A model generated the notes under the pieces. That model was not told the origin of the DNA and made no database searches. It saw only the letters and a list, made by a program, of their open reading frames with translations. Made by a program: the position numbers and the translations under genes. From assembly GCA_038087875.1 (NCBI GenBank), contig CM075988.1:8868001-8932000 (forward strand): a stretch of DNA of 64,000 bases, read 5' to 3'. The stretch is from Malacoraja senta. Its lineage: Eukaryota. Positions 48,214 to 61,062 of the stretch are shown here, in pieces (the first letter of the stretch is position 1; each line of letters begins with the position of its first letter).

Positions 48214-48747
48214 GGGGTACTGATTGGGGATGATCAGCCATGATCACATTGAATGGCGGTGCTGGCTCGAACCCAGTGCACTGGAGCCGTGAGGCAACAG
48301 TTCCATTAACTCAATAATATAATTTGAGGGAATGCTCAGATATAACTAAACCAGAGATATTTCTGCCCTTTCAGATGGATATAAATGTTCACATGAGATC
48401 ATTCTAAAAAACAGAGTGTTCTCTTCAATGTTCTGTCTGTATTTATTCCCCAAACAACATTAGTAGAACAAATTACCTTATCTGTTTAGGGAAATTTGCT
48501 GTGATGCCCTGTTGAAATGTATTGTTCAACAAAATACAGTATAAATGCAACTAGCTTTCTTTTTCTGCCTATGCCAGTCTAAGGCATTGTTTTGTCAATG
48601 TAGAATAATGTAACATTGAATCTTTCATAAAAACTCAACAACATTCACATTACAAGTATGCCTGGTGGAGCCATAGTCATAGTCACTGAGTCATACAGCA
48701 TGAAAGACAGCCATTCAGCCCACCATGTCCATGCTAACTCGTTGCAG

Positions 48748-50742
48748 CCAGTAGTGGGGAAGATGCTGGAGTCGATTATTAAAGATGCTATAGCAGCGCA
48801 TTTGGAAAGCAGTGACGGGATCGGTCAAAGTCAGCATGGATTTATGAAGGGGAAATCATGCTTGACAAATCTTTTGGAATTTTTTGAGGATGTAACAAGT
48901 AGAATGGATAAGGGAGAGCCAGTGGATGTGATGTATCTGGACTTTCAAAAAGCCTTTGACAAGGTCCCACACAAGAGATTAGTGTGCAAAATTAGAGCAC
49001 ATGGTATTGGGGGTAGGGTATTGACATGGATAGAGAACTGGTTGACAGACAGGTAGCAAAGAGTAGGAATTAACGGGTCCTTTTCAGAATGGCAGGCAGT
49101 GACTAGTGGGGTACCGCAAGGCTCGGTGCTGGGACTCCAGTTGTTTAAAGGTTTAAAAGGTTCAAAGGTATTTTATTGTCACGTGTATCAATTAAGGTAC
49201 AGTGAAACTTGATTTACTATACAGTCATACTAAAAAAAGCAACAAGCCACATAACTACATAAAAGTTAACATAAACATCCACCACTGCTGTTTCCCCACA
49301 TTCCTCACTGTGATGTAAGGCAATAAAGTCTAAACTTCTTCACTATTCTTCCGCGGTCGGGGCAGTCGAACCAGCCGCAGTCGGGGAGATCCATAACCCC
49401 ACGTCGGGGTGGTCGAAGCTCCCGCGATCGGGACGGTCGAAGTTCCTGCGGCCTGGAGCTTCCGAAGTCAGTTCAAAACCAAGGGATCGCGAGCTCCATA
49501 ACATTAAAGTCCACAGGCTCCCGCGGTTGGAGCTCCAAGGTTGACCCCCAACAGGGACCACGAGCTCCACGATGTTAAGTCCGCAGGCTCCCGCGGTGGA
49601 GCTCCCAAAGTCGATCCCCAGCAAGAGGCCACCAGCTCCTCGATGCTGGGCCGCAGTGCGGACGGAGATATGATACGGAAGAAATCGCATCTCCATCGAG
49701 GTAAGAGATTATAAAAGTTTCCCCCAACCCCCTCCCCCCCTCCACCCCCCACATAAAACAGCTAAAGAGCACTAAAACATACATTTAACACATACTAAAA
49801 ACAACAAAGAAAGAGAGAAAAGGACGAGAGACTGTTGGTGAAGCAGTATATATTTACAATATATATTAACGATTTAGACAAGGGAATTAAATGTAACATC
49901 TCTAAGTTTGTGGATGACACAAATCTGGGTAGCAGTATGAGCTGCGAGGAGGATGCTATGAGGCTGCTGGGTGACTTGGATAGGTTTGGTGCGTGGGCAG
50001 AAGCAGTATAATGTGGATAAATTTGAGGTTATCCACTTTGGTGGCAAGAACAGAAAGGCAGATTATTATCTGAATGGTGTCAGATTAGAAGGAGAGGAGC
50101 AACGAGACTTGGGTGTGCTTGTACATCAGTCACTGAAAGTAAGCATGCAGGCACAGCAGGCGGTGAAGAAAGCTAATGGCATGTTGGCCTTCATTGCGAG
50201 AGGATTTGAGTTTAGGAGCAAGGAGGTCATATTGCAGTTGTACTGGGCCCTGGTGAGACCGCACCTGGAATATTGTGTGCAATTTTGGTCTCTTAATTTG
50301 AGGAAGGACATTATTGGTATTCAGGGAGTGCAGCGCAGGTTAATTCCTGGGATGGCGGGACTGACGTATGATGAAAGAATGGGTCGACTGGGCTTGTATT
50401 TGCTGGAATTTAGGATGATAGGAGATCTTATAGAAACATATAAAATTCTTAGAGGATTGCACAGAGTAGATGCAGGAAATATGATCCCGATATTGCGGGA
50501 GTCCAGAACCAGGGGTCACAGTTTAAGAATAAGGGGTAGGCCATTTAGGACTTAGATGAGGAAAAACGTTTTCACCCAGAGAGTTGTGAATCTGTGTAAT
50601 TCTCTGCCACAGAAGGCAGTGGAGGGCAATTCACTGGATGTTTTCAAGAGAGAGTTAGATTTAGCTCTTAGAGCTAAGGGAATCAAGGGATATGGGGGAA
50701 AAAGCCAGAACGGGGTACTGATTTTAGTTGATCAGCCATGAT
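48748..50742 (+). mobile_element. CR1 RT fragment, interrupted by a GC-rich element at about 49145-49848
   Basis: ORFs 48658, 49971 and 50556 are homologous to the CR1 at 55800-57100. Confidence 0.9.
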
Positions 50743-53619
50743 GGCAATTGAACAAATACAATGTGGACAGAGTCAAACATATTTGCCTTGATTTTTGCAT
50801 TGATGTATGTTCTGGAAATGTAGTGAGGTCTTTACCTGAATGTATATTTTTCCCCCCATTCCACGCCCCCCCCACCCCTCCAATAAAAGTTGGTTAAACA
50901 GTTCCACAGTTCGCAATGATGTATCCCCCTTGAGATCACACTGTCTGTAGCACTGTCAGGGAAACAACCGGCCTAAGATCATCTTTTGCCGGCCCTGATT
51001 TGTCCTGGTCTTAAGAACCCAAAATGTCACCTCTCCATTTTCTCCAAGGAAGCTGCCTGAATAGAGGTGGGGAGGGGAGGGGTGGGGGAGTGGTGCAATG
51101 TTTGATGTTGCTTTCTCCCACGTTCAGAGACTTGTGTTCAAACCTGACCTCTGGTGTTGTCCATGTGAAGCTTCTACATTCTCCCAGTGACTGTGTGTTT
51201 CCTTCCATACCCCAAATATATGTAAATTGGTAGATTAATAGGTCACTCTAAATTACCTGTAGTGTGCCAGCAAATGGTTGAATCTAGTTGATGGAAATGG
51301 GGGTGAATAAGTAACCCTATAGGTACGTTCATGTTATGTTGTGGCAATTTCAGGGTTGATTCACTTTATTTATCGGCTTCAGATCATGGCTGAATACTCA
51401 CATGAGTCTGATTCAAGCCACATACCAGCATGTGAGAGTAAATAAAATACTGCTGAACAGCAATGTTGCTGAAAAGTCTGCCTTCCAACAATCACATTGT
51501 GCCTTTTCAGACAAGCATAAAAGCTCTAATAAAGAGGAATTGACCAGGGATGTTAACTCTGCTTATCTCTCCACAGATCTGTTTGGTATTTCTATGCATT
51601 CTTGTTTTTACTGGAAGTGTCCTGGTGGCTCGCACATTCATCTGAGGTGGAGTTCATTGCCACAGGTGGCTATGGAAGCCTTTGGGTCAAAAAAGTTCAA
51701 TGCCATTGGGTATTTTTAAAGCAAAGATTGATAGATACTTGATTAGTAAGGGCGTCAAAGGTTAGATCATAAGATCAGAAGTGATAGGAGCAGAATTAGG
51801 CCATTCGACCCATCAAGTCTACTCTGCCATTCAATCATGGCTGATCTATCACTCCCTCCTCACCCCATTCTCCTGCCTTCTCCCCATAACCTCTGACACC
51901 TGCATTAATCAAGAATCTATCTATCTCTGCCTTAAATATATCCACTGACTTGGCCTCCACAGCCTTCTGTGGCAAAGAATTCCACAGGCTCACCACCCTC
52001 TGACTAAAGAAGGGTGAAAAGGGGAAAAGGCAGGAGAATGGGGTTGAGAAGAAAAAATAGATCATCCGTGCTTGAATGGCAGAGTAGCTTAATGGGCCAA
52101 ATGGAATAAATTCTACTCTTATGTCTTATGGTATTATGGTCTTATTGAGCCATGGTGTGATTGCAGGGGCCAGTGCACTCCAAAGTATGAGTGGCTTCTA
52201 GATCACTACTGCAATCCTATCAAAACCACAGTCCCTCAACCCAAATTATTCAATATAGTCTCTTCCCAAGCTTGCTGCTTCGCACTAATAACTCATCAGT
52301 ACAGAAGGCAATTGTACCCATTCAATTCTCTCAAAGATCCAACAATTCATTTCCCCAGAACTTGGAGAATCCTTCCTTTATACATGGCCCCCATGTTGAT
52401 TAGTTTCACTTCAATGGAACAGGATAGAGATACTTTATACATATCCTGGTCAAAAACGGACCCACTGCAAGATATTCATGCGCATTTTTATGATTGATTG
52501 CTCAATCAACATGTAAGTGTATGAGCTAGAGACTATCATTATTAAAGACACCAATTCTCAGCTAAACTGCACTGTCTGGTTTAATAATATACGAAGATAT
52601 ATACCACATATAAATCAATTCTTAATGTATAATAGTTTTTTTTTCTAGTTCCAGCATCACAGAGTGGAGTGAGAATTCTCTTGTGATTCCTCTTATCTCA
52701 AAAGTTGGATTCCAAGAAATTAAGGTAACATGGTTTTACAGTAGTTAATGCATTGAAGATAGACACAGAAAGCTGGAGTAATTCAGCGGGTCAAGCAGCA
52801 TATCCGTAGAAAATATATAGGTGACATTTCGGGTTGAGACCCTTCTTCAGCCTATTCCTTTTCTCCAAAGATGCTCCCTGATCCACTGAGTTATTTCAGC
52901 TTTCTGTGTCTATCTTCGGTGTAAACCAGCATCTGCAGTTCGTTCCTGCACAGTTAGTGCATTGAGCTAGGTTAGATCCTGACCTGGGATGCTGCATGGA
53001 GTTTGCGTGGTATCCCTGTGACCATGTGTGTCACCCAGGTGTTGTGGTTTCCTCCGTGACCCAATGATGTGCAGAATGCTAGGTTAATTGATTCTGTCGG
53101 GGTGGGTAGCAGACAATTTAGGTAGGGGGAGATAGATCAGCACATGAGAGAAGTGATTACGGGGAAAAAAGTGAGCTCATGGGACTGATGGTGATACTCT
53201 GGGAGCTAGCAATAGACTTGATGGGCTGAATATCCTTCTGTGGTGTGAGAAAGAAAAATGATTGACGTAAATTTCTTCAGATCACTTCAAAATGTAAATG
53301 TTGTGATTTCAGTAATGGGATCCCATTTAAGCTTTCACCCACCATTTCTATCCAAAAATATGAATGAGAAAAACACAGTTACAGTACAGGTTGCAATCCC
53401 TTTCACCAGCACTTTGTGCAAGAACTCTAAACTACTCCAAAGGTCCCAAGTTTACCTGTGGCTCTGGCTGGTGTTCAGGGTGAGCAAAGTAACTGGTGTA
53501 CCTCCACTGATTACAATTGTCTGCTTACATTTTACAATCACATCGACCGCACTGGACCACTTGCCCAATAAAAATACTTAGGTTATGGACTACAGCTTGG
53601 TGTTCAGTACCATCATCCC

Positions 53620-53935
53620 CTGGAGGACTGGTGACGGGATCTAGGGAGTGGGTAGGGTCGAGGATGTCCTGGTTAGGTTGCTCCAAGGCCTGGCCAAGCT
53701 GCCATCCGCGAGTCACAGCGGAAGAGGGTTTTGCCCGAGCCAGATGCTTGCCCCTTTTGCGGGGTTACGTTCACGCCCGGGTGGTGTTAGAGAGGGACAT
53801 GGTTGTTTAATAGATATTTAGTATATTCGTAAGGATTGTAACATAGTTGTTTGAAAATGTAATGTCTAGATAATTTGGTGATTTTGTACTATGGTGGCGG
53901 GTGTGTAACCATGGTTTTGTTTTGTACCATTGCAG
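53620..53935 (+). mobile_element. Tx1-clade LINE 3' fragment
   Basis: Translations GLAKL / AIRES and CLPLLRGYVHARVVLERD resemble the recalled Tx1 ORF2 C-terminus, followed by an AT-rich UTR. A-rich tail resumes at 57204-57241. Confidence 0.55.
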
Positions 53936-56900
53936 ATATCCTGGCGGGGAGATCTGCAAAGGCTACTGGGGAGACTTTAAACTAGAATGGTTGGGGGGAG
54001 GGACTCAAATAGAGAATGCTATTAGACAGTGTGTGAGGCAGGAGGCAGAGAAGGAAAGCACTCAGACACAACATGTAGGGGGGAAAGAAGAAAACAATAA
54101 TAAACAGAGAATAAGAGGTGGTGGGGTTCTTAAATGGGTGAGCAGAGAAACAGAGGGGTGTAAAATGCGGGCTGAAGCAATAGGTAGCAAGGTGAAAAGT
54201 AAAAGTGGCAGGCAGACAAATCCAGGGCAAAAATCAAAAAGGGCCACTTTTCAACATAATTGTATAAGGGGTAAGAGCATTGTAAAAACAAGCCTGAAGG
54301 CTTTGTGTCTCAATGCAAGGAGCATTCGTAATAAGGTGGATGAGTTGAACTTGCAGATAGCAATTAATGATTATGATATAGTTGGGATCACGGAGACATG
54401 GCTCCAGGGTGACCAAGGCTGGGAGCTGAACATCCAGGGATATTCAATATTCAGGAGGGATAGAGAGAAAGGAAAAGGAGGTGGGGTAGCGTTGCTGGTT
54501 AGAGAGGAGATTAACGCAGTGGAAAGGAAGGACATTAGCTTGGAGGATGTGGAATCGGTATGGGTAGAGCTGCGAAACACTAAGGGGCAAAAAACGCTGG
54601 TGGGTGTTGTGTACAGGCCACTTAGCAGTAGTAGTGAAGTTGGGGATGGCATCAAACAGGAAATTAGAAATGCGTGCAACAAAGGCAAAACAGTTATAAT
54701 GGGGGACTTCAATCTACATATAGATTGGGTGAATCAAATTGGCAGGGGTGCTGAGGAAGAGGATTTCTTGGAATGTATGCGGGATAGTTATCTAAACCAA
54801 CATGTAGAGGAACCAACGAGAGAGCAGGCTATTCTAGACTGGGTATTGAGTAATAAGGAAGGGTTAGTTAGCAGTCTTGTTGTGCGTGCCCCCTTGGGCA
54901 AGAGTGACCATAATATGGTTGAGTTCTTCATTAGGATGGAGAGTGACATTGTTAATTCAGAAACAACGGTTCTGAACTTAAAGAAAGGTAACTTTGAGGG
55001 TATGAGACGTGAATTCGCCAAGATTGACTGGCAATTAGTTCTAAAAGGGTTGACGGTGGATATGCAATGGAAGGCATTTAAAGACTGCATGGATGAACTA
55101 CAAAAATTGTTGATCCCAGTTTGGCAAAAGAATAAATCAGGGAAGGTAGTGCATCCATGGATAACAAGGGAAATCAGGGATAGTATCAAAGCAAAAGATG
55201 ATGCGTACAAATTAGCCAGAAAAAGCAGCATACCAGAGGACTGGGAGAAATTCAGAGACCAGCAGAGGAGGACAAAGGGCTTAATTAGGAAAGGGAAAAT
55301 AGATTATGAAAGGAAACTGGCAGGGAACATAAAAACTGACTGCAAAAGTTTTTATAGATATGTGAAGAGAAAGAGATTGGTTAAAACAAATGTAGGTCCC
55401 TTGCAGTCAGAAACAGGTGAATTGATCATGGGGAACAAGGATATGGCGGACCAATTGAATAACTACTTTGGTTCCGTCTTCACTAAGGAAGACATAAATA
55501 ATCTGCCGGAAATAGCAGGGGGCCGCGGGTCAGAGATGGAGGAACTGAGTGAAATCCAGGTTAGTCGGGAAGCGGTGTTGGGTAAATTGAATGGATTAAA
55601 GGCCGATAAATCACCAGGGCCAGATAGGCTGCATCCCAGAGTACTTAAGGAAGTAGCTCCAGAAATAGTGGATGCATTAGTGATAATTTTTCAAAACTCT
55701 TTAGATTCTGGAGTAGTTCCTGAGGATTGGAGGGTAGCAAACGTAACCCCACTTTTTTAGAAGGGAGGGAGAGAGAAAACGGGGAATTACAGACCAGTTA
55801 GTCTAACATCGGTAGTGGGGAAACTGCTAGAGTCAGTTATTAAAGATGGGATAGCAGCACATTTGGAAAGTGGTGAAATCATTGGACAAAGTCAGCATGG
55901 ATTTACGAAAGGTAAATCGTGTCTGACGAATCTTATAGAAGTTTTCGAGGATGTAACGAGTAGAGTGGATAGGGGAGAACCAGTGGATGTGTTGTATCTG
56001 GACTTTCAGAAGGCTTTCGACAAGGTACCACATAAGAGATTAGGATACAAACTTAAATCACACGGTATTGGGGGTTCAGTATTGATGTGGATAGAGAACT
56101 GGCTGGCAAACAGGAAGCAAAGAGTAGGAGTAAACGGGTCCTTTTCACAATGGCAGGCAGTGACTAGTGGGGTACCGCAAGGCTCAGTGCTGGGACCCCA
56201 GCTATTTACAATTTATATTAATGACCTGGATGAGGGAATTGAAAGCAACATCTCCAAGTTTGCGGATGACACTAAGCTGGGGGGCAGTGTTAGCTGTGAG
56301 GAGGATGCTAGGAGACTGCAAGGTGACTTGGATAGGCTGGGTGAGTGGGCAAATGTTTGGCTGATGCAGTATAATGTGGATAAATGTGAGGTTATCCACT
56401 TTGGTGGCAAAAACGGGAAGGCAGAATATTATCTAAATGGTGGCCGATTAGGAAATGGGGAGATGCAGCAGACCTGGGTATCATGGTACACCAGTCATTG
56501 AAAGTAGGCATGCAGGTGCAGCAGGCAGTGAAGAAAGCGAATGGTATGTTGGCTTTCATAGCAAGAGGATTTGAGTATAGGAGCAGGGAGGTTCTACTGC
56601 AGTTGTACAGAGTCTTGGTGAGACCACACCTGGAGTATTGCGTACAGTTTTGGTCTCCAAATCTGAGGAAGGACATTATAGCCATAGAGGGAGTGCAGAG
56701 GAGGTTCACCAGACTGATTCCTGGGATGTCAGGACTTTCATATGAAGAAAGACTGGATAGACTTGGCTTATACTCGCTAGAATTTAGGAGATTGAGAGGG
56801 GATCTTATAGAAACGTACAAAATTCTTATGGGGTTGGACAGGCTAGATGCAGGAAGATTGTTCCCGATGTTGGGGAAGTCCAGGACAAGGGGTCACAGCT

Positions 56901-57203
56901 TAAGGATAAGGGGGAAATCCTTTAAGACCGAGATGAGGAAAAACTTTTTCACACAGAGAGTGGTGAATCTCTGGAACTCTCCGCCACAGAGGGTAGTTGA
57001 GGCCAGTTCATTGGCTATATTTAAGAGCGAGTTAGATGTGGCCCTTGTGGCTAAGGGGATCAGGGGGTATGGAGAGAAGGCAGGTACGGGATACTGAGTT
57101 GGATGATCAGCCATGATCATATTGAATGGCGGTGCAGGCTCGAAGGGCCGAATGGCCTACTCCTGCACCTATTTTCTATGTTTCTATGTTTCTATGTTTC
57201 TAT
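53936..57203 (+). mobile_element. Near full-length-ORF2 CR1 (HER1-like) LINE, disabled
   Basis: APE endonuclease motifs (LNARS, GITETW, MGDFN, SDHN) and RT motifs (LDFQKAFD, GVPQGSVLGP, FADD). One in-frame stop at 55758-60, a frameshift near 56470, and a (TCTATGTT)n tail at 57174-57203. Confidence 0.95.
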
Positions 57204-57241
57204 GATCGTAATTAAATAAATTATTTTTGATTAAAAAAAAA

Positions 57242-58385
57242 TCTGGTTACCAAGCTCACGGAACTGGGTCTCTGCGCATCCCTCTGCAATTGGATCCTCG
57301 ACTTCCTCATCCACAGACCACAGTCTGTTCGAATTGGCAGAAATACTTCTTCTTCATTAACAATCAGTATGGGAGCACCTCAAGGCTGTGTGCTCAGCCC
57401 CCTGCTCTACTCACTCTATACTTATGACTGTGTGGCCAGACTCCATCTTCAAATTCGCCGACGGCACCACCGTCGTTGGACGAATTACAGATGGTGATGA
57501 GTCAGAGTATGGAAGTGAGATCGACAGCACAACAACCTGGCTCTCAAATTCAGTAAAACCAATGAACTGATTGTGGACTTTGGAAGAGGGAGGATGAGGA
57601 TCCACAATCCTGTATATATCAACGGGACGATGGTGGAGAGAGTCAAAAACTTTAAATTCCTGGGCGTGCATATTTCCGAAGATCTTTCCTGGACCCAGCA
57701 CACTGATGCAATTATAAAGTAAGCACATCAACTCCTTTACTTCCTGAGAAGATTACAGAGATTCGGTATGTCAAAGAGGATTCTCTTGAACTTCTACAGG
57801 TGGACAGTAGGGAGCGTATTGACTGGTTGCATTGTGGCCTGGTTCGGCAACTTGAATGCCCAGGAGCGGAAAATACAGCAAAAAGTTGTGAACACTGCCC
57901 AGTCCATCACGGCTCTGACCTCCCCACCATCGAAGGGATTTATCGTAGTCGTTGCCTCAAAAAGGCAGCCAGCATCATCAGAGACCCACACCATCCTGGC
58001 CACACACTCATTTCACCCCTGCCATCGGAAAGAAGGTACAGGAGCCTGAAAACTGTACCGTCCAGGTTCAGGAACAGCTTCTTCCCGACAGCCATCAGGC
58101 CATTAAACACTACAACCTCAAATAAGCTCTGAACTACAATAGACTATTATTATTTTTATTATTATTATTGCACTACTATTGTTTGTTTTTTGTGTGAACG
58201 TATATGTGCATGTATATATATGTGTGTGCGTGTGTATTTGTGAATATGTGTATCAATACACACTGAACATTTTTTTCTCTCGTTTATCATATTGTTCATA
58301 GTGTACTATGTTTACAAATTCTGTTGTACTATTAATTTCATTGTTCTATCTGGGACATATGACCATAAAATACTCTTATCTCTTG
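57242..58385 (+). mobile_element. Rex1/Babar-type LINE 3' portion (upstream piece at about 53520-53620)
   Basis: LVTKL..LGL...[36 protein letters not shown] and FFPTAIR motifs. Confidence 0.8.
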
Positions 58386-58564
58386 ACATAGGAATGACCT
58401 TCTCTATTAATCTGATTGTGGGTCACATTACCACAGCCAACCCCAGAGCTGCGACAAGTGACTGCTCCGAAGTCTGAAGAAGGGTCGCGACCCAAAACGT
58501 CACCCATTCCTTCTCTCCAGAGATGCTGCCTGTCCCGCTGAGTTACTCCAGCATTTTGTGTCTG

Positions 58565-58765
58565 TCTTCAGCACAAGTACCTGCTCCGTCCCGACTCCAG
58601 CGTTTCTCCGGTTTCGACCCTTGCGCGCTCCGTAGGTGAGAGCCCGAGCCGCCGTTTCCAGGCAACGATTCAACAACTTGACAACGGAACAGCGGGGCCT
58701 AGCAACGGCGCCTAGCAACGGCGGGCGGGTCGAGGACAAACAGCGGGGAGCCGGGAGCGACGGAG
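58565..58765. promoter_or_regulatory. CpG-rich promoter of SPA17 with RFX X-boxes
   Basis: Non-repeat CpG-dense island with X-box GTTTCCAGGCAAC (58654-66) and two CCTAGCAAC half-sites (58698-706, 58711-719). Possible non-coding exon donor TAG|GTGAGA at 58635/6. Confidence 0.7.
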
Positions 58766-58767
58766 GG

Positions 58768-59780
58768 AGAGAGGGGTAGACCTGGCTAGAGAGGGGTAGA
58801 ACTGGGATAAAGGGGTAGAACTGGCTAGAGAGGGGTAGACCTGGCTAGAGAGGGGGTAGAGCTGGGATAAAGGGGTAGAACTGGCTAGAGAGGGGTAGAA
58901 CTGGGATAAAGGGGTAGAACTGGCTAGAGAGGGATAGAACTGGGATAAAGGGGTAGAACTGGCTAGAGAGGGGTAGACCTGGCTAGAGAGGGGTAGAACT
59001 GGGATAAAGGGGTAGAACTGGGATAAAGGGGTAGAACTGGCTAGAGAGGGGTAGAACTGGGATAAAGGGGTAGACCTGGCTAGAGAGGGGTAGAACTGGG
59101 ATAAAGGGAGAGACCTGGGATAAAGAGAGAGAGATCTGGGAGAGGGAGAGAGACTTGGGAGAGGGAGAGAGACTTGGGAGAGAAGGGTAGACCTGGGAGA
59201 GAGGGAGAGATCTGGGATAAAGGAGTAGACCTGGTAGAGCGATAGAGACCTGGAAGAGAGGGAGAGATCTGGGATAAAGGGGTAGTCCTGGGAGAGGGAG
59301 AGAGACCTGGGAGAGAGGAGTATACCTGAGAGAGAGGGAGAGAGATCTGGGAGAGAGACCTGAGAGAGAGAGGGGTAGACCTGGGAGAGAGGGAGGGAGA
59401 TACCGGAGAGAGACCTGGGAGAGAGGGAGAGACCTGGGATAAAGGGAGAGACGAGATTAGGAGAGATCTGGGACAGAGAGGCAGTCCCAAGACGAGACAA
59501 GCATAAGGATAAGGAAGGAAGAGGGAAAAACCTGGGACAAAGGGAGAGAAAGACTTAGGATAGGTATAGAAAGAGGGAGGGACCTGGGGCAAGAACAGTA
59601 ATTGAGATACAAAGGTCTAGACAGAGAAGATACCTAGGACAGGGAAAGGAAAAGCCCTAGAAGTGGGAGAGGAGATATCTGGGACAAAGAGGTAGAGCTC
59701 TGGGATAGGGAGACGAGGCAAGTGAGAAAGGGAGGAAGAAAACCTGGGTCAGAAAGAAGAGATTCCTGGGATAGAGAGGC
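58768..59780. repeat. Purine-rich minisatellite (19-20-bp units) in SPA17 intron 1
   Basis: Alternating CTGGCTAGAGAGGGGTAGAA and CTGGGATAAAGGGGTAGAA units that decay progressively to the right. Confidence 0.9.
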
Positions 59781-59910
59781 TTATGACGAGAGATTACATA
59801 GTTGGCCCAACAGGTTTCTGAGGAATAACAAGCTAAGGCTAATATTCAGGTTCTCGTTCTAATTAGCAGAGGGTTGGATATTGTATCTTGGTCTCAGAGC
59901 TTGTACCAGT

Positions 59911-60064
59911 ATGTCAGTGCCATTTTCCAACACCACTCTCCGAATTCCCCGTGGCTTTGGGAACTTGTTGGAGGGGCTGTCCAGAGAGGTGCTGAGGGAT
60001 CAGCCAGCTGACATCGTAGGGTTCGCTGCTGCCTATTTTGATGATCTGCTCAAAAAGAGAATGG
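59911..60064 (+). CDS. SPA17: Sperm autoantigenic protein 17, first coding exon (RIIa-type dimerisation/docking domain)
   Basis: MSVPFSNTTLRIPRGFGNLLEGLSREVLRDQPADIVGFAAAYFDDLLKKRM. Acceptor gtctcAG ends 59897, donor G|GTAACT. Confidence 0.95.
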
Positions 60065-61062
60065 GTAACTCCAATTATTCCTATGCCTTAAACTCTCTGA
60101 CCTACATTGTCTTCCAATCTCCTAATTCAAAGATCTTTGCCTTTGCATCCTGATACCTTCGCGTCCTCTGTCCTCTCTATGTTTGTTGCTTTACAGTTCA
60201 CTAGTATTTGTTCCTGCTTCAACTATAGCTGATTGCATATTCCACACTGCTGTTGCCTTCACCGTCTCACCCCTATGTTCTGGGATTTGCTTCTTCGCAA
60301 ACTCTCATCATTCAAGTTCCATGCCACAGGTTCTGGACTGCATGATCTCTTTCTGGACTGAATGTCACCTACAGTATCATAGGGCTGGTTGCATGATTGC
60401 TTTCTAGGTTCTTGTTAAAAGGGAGAGTGAAGTTTATTGTAATATGGAATAAAATATGCTTCATGCCTTTCCCATTAAGTCTTGTGGCATGTCAAACAGG
60501 ATGAATGAACACCTACCCATGTTGAATACACATGGAAGAAGCACCAAAGGTATAAAGATCACAGCCTCTGCTCTGGGCATGAGATTGAAATGTCCACAAC
60601 CTAGAGTGCCTCTGTATCACCAACGTTAATCGAGTTGGCTGAGCCCTGAAACTAATTACCTGACTGGGTCTGTGGCAGGTGATGTATTAACCAATGAGCG
60701 ATGAACTCACTTGACCTCATCCTCATCATTCTATCAATTTAAGATGATCTTCCATGACAGTATTAGTGGAGACTCAAGGAACAAGAGGGAAAGGTAGATC
60801 AGCCGTGTTTGAATTGCGGAGTAGACTTGATGGGTCGAATGGCCTAATTCTGCTCCTATAACATGCTGATTTACAGAAAAAGACACAAAGTGCTGGAGTA
60901 ACTCAGCAGGTCAGGCAGCATCTCTCGAGAACACGGATAGATGACATTTGGGTCGGCAGCCTTCTTAGAAGTCTTTACAGAGCCATTTTTATTTACACAA
61001 CCTAGTTTACAGAGCCATTTTTATTTACACAACTCTACTTTACAGAGCCATTTTTATTTACA

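Noticed and set aside
49640..49710. U1 snRNA-like words (CTTACCT, GGAGAT, GCACT) in family X elements
   Set aside because: Only short word matches. The U1-70K loop and Sm site are absent, so there is not enough to call it U1-derived.
53525..53716. ORF with QDILDP resembling neurogranin DDILDIP
   Set aside because: No IQ motif, and it lies antisense in LINE fragments.
58712..59592. 262-aa and 170-aa Ser/Pro/Leu-rich minus-strand ORFs
   Set aside because: Translation of the minisatellite.
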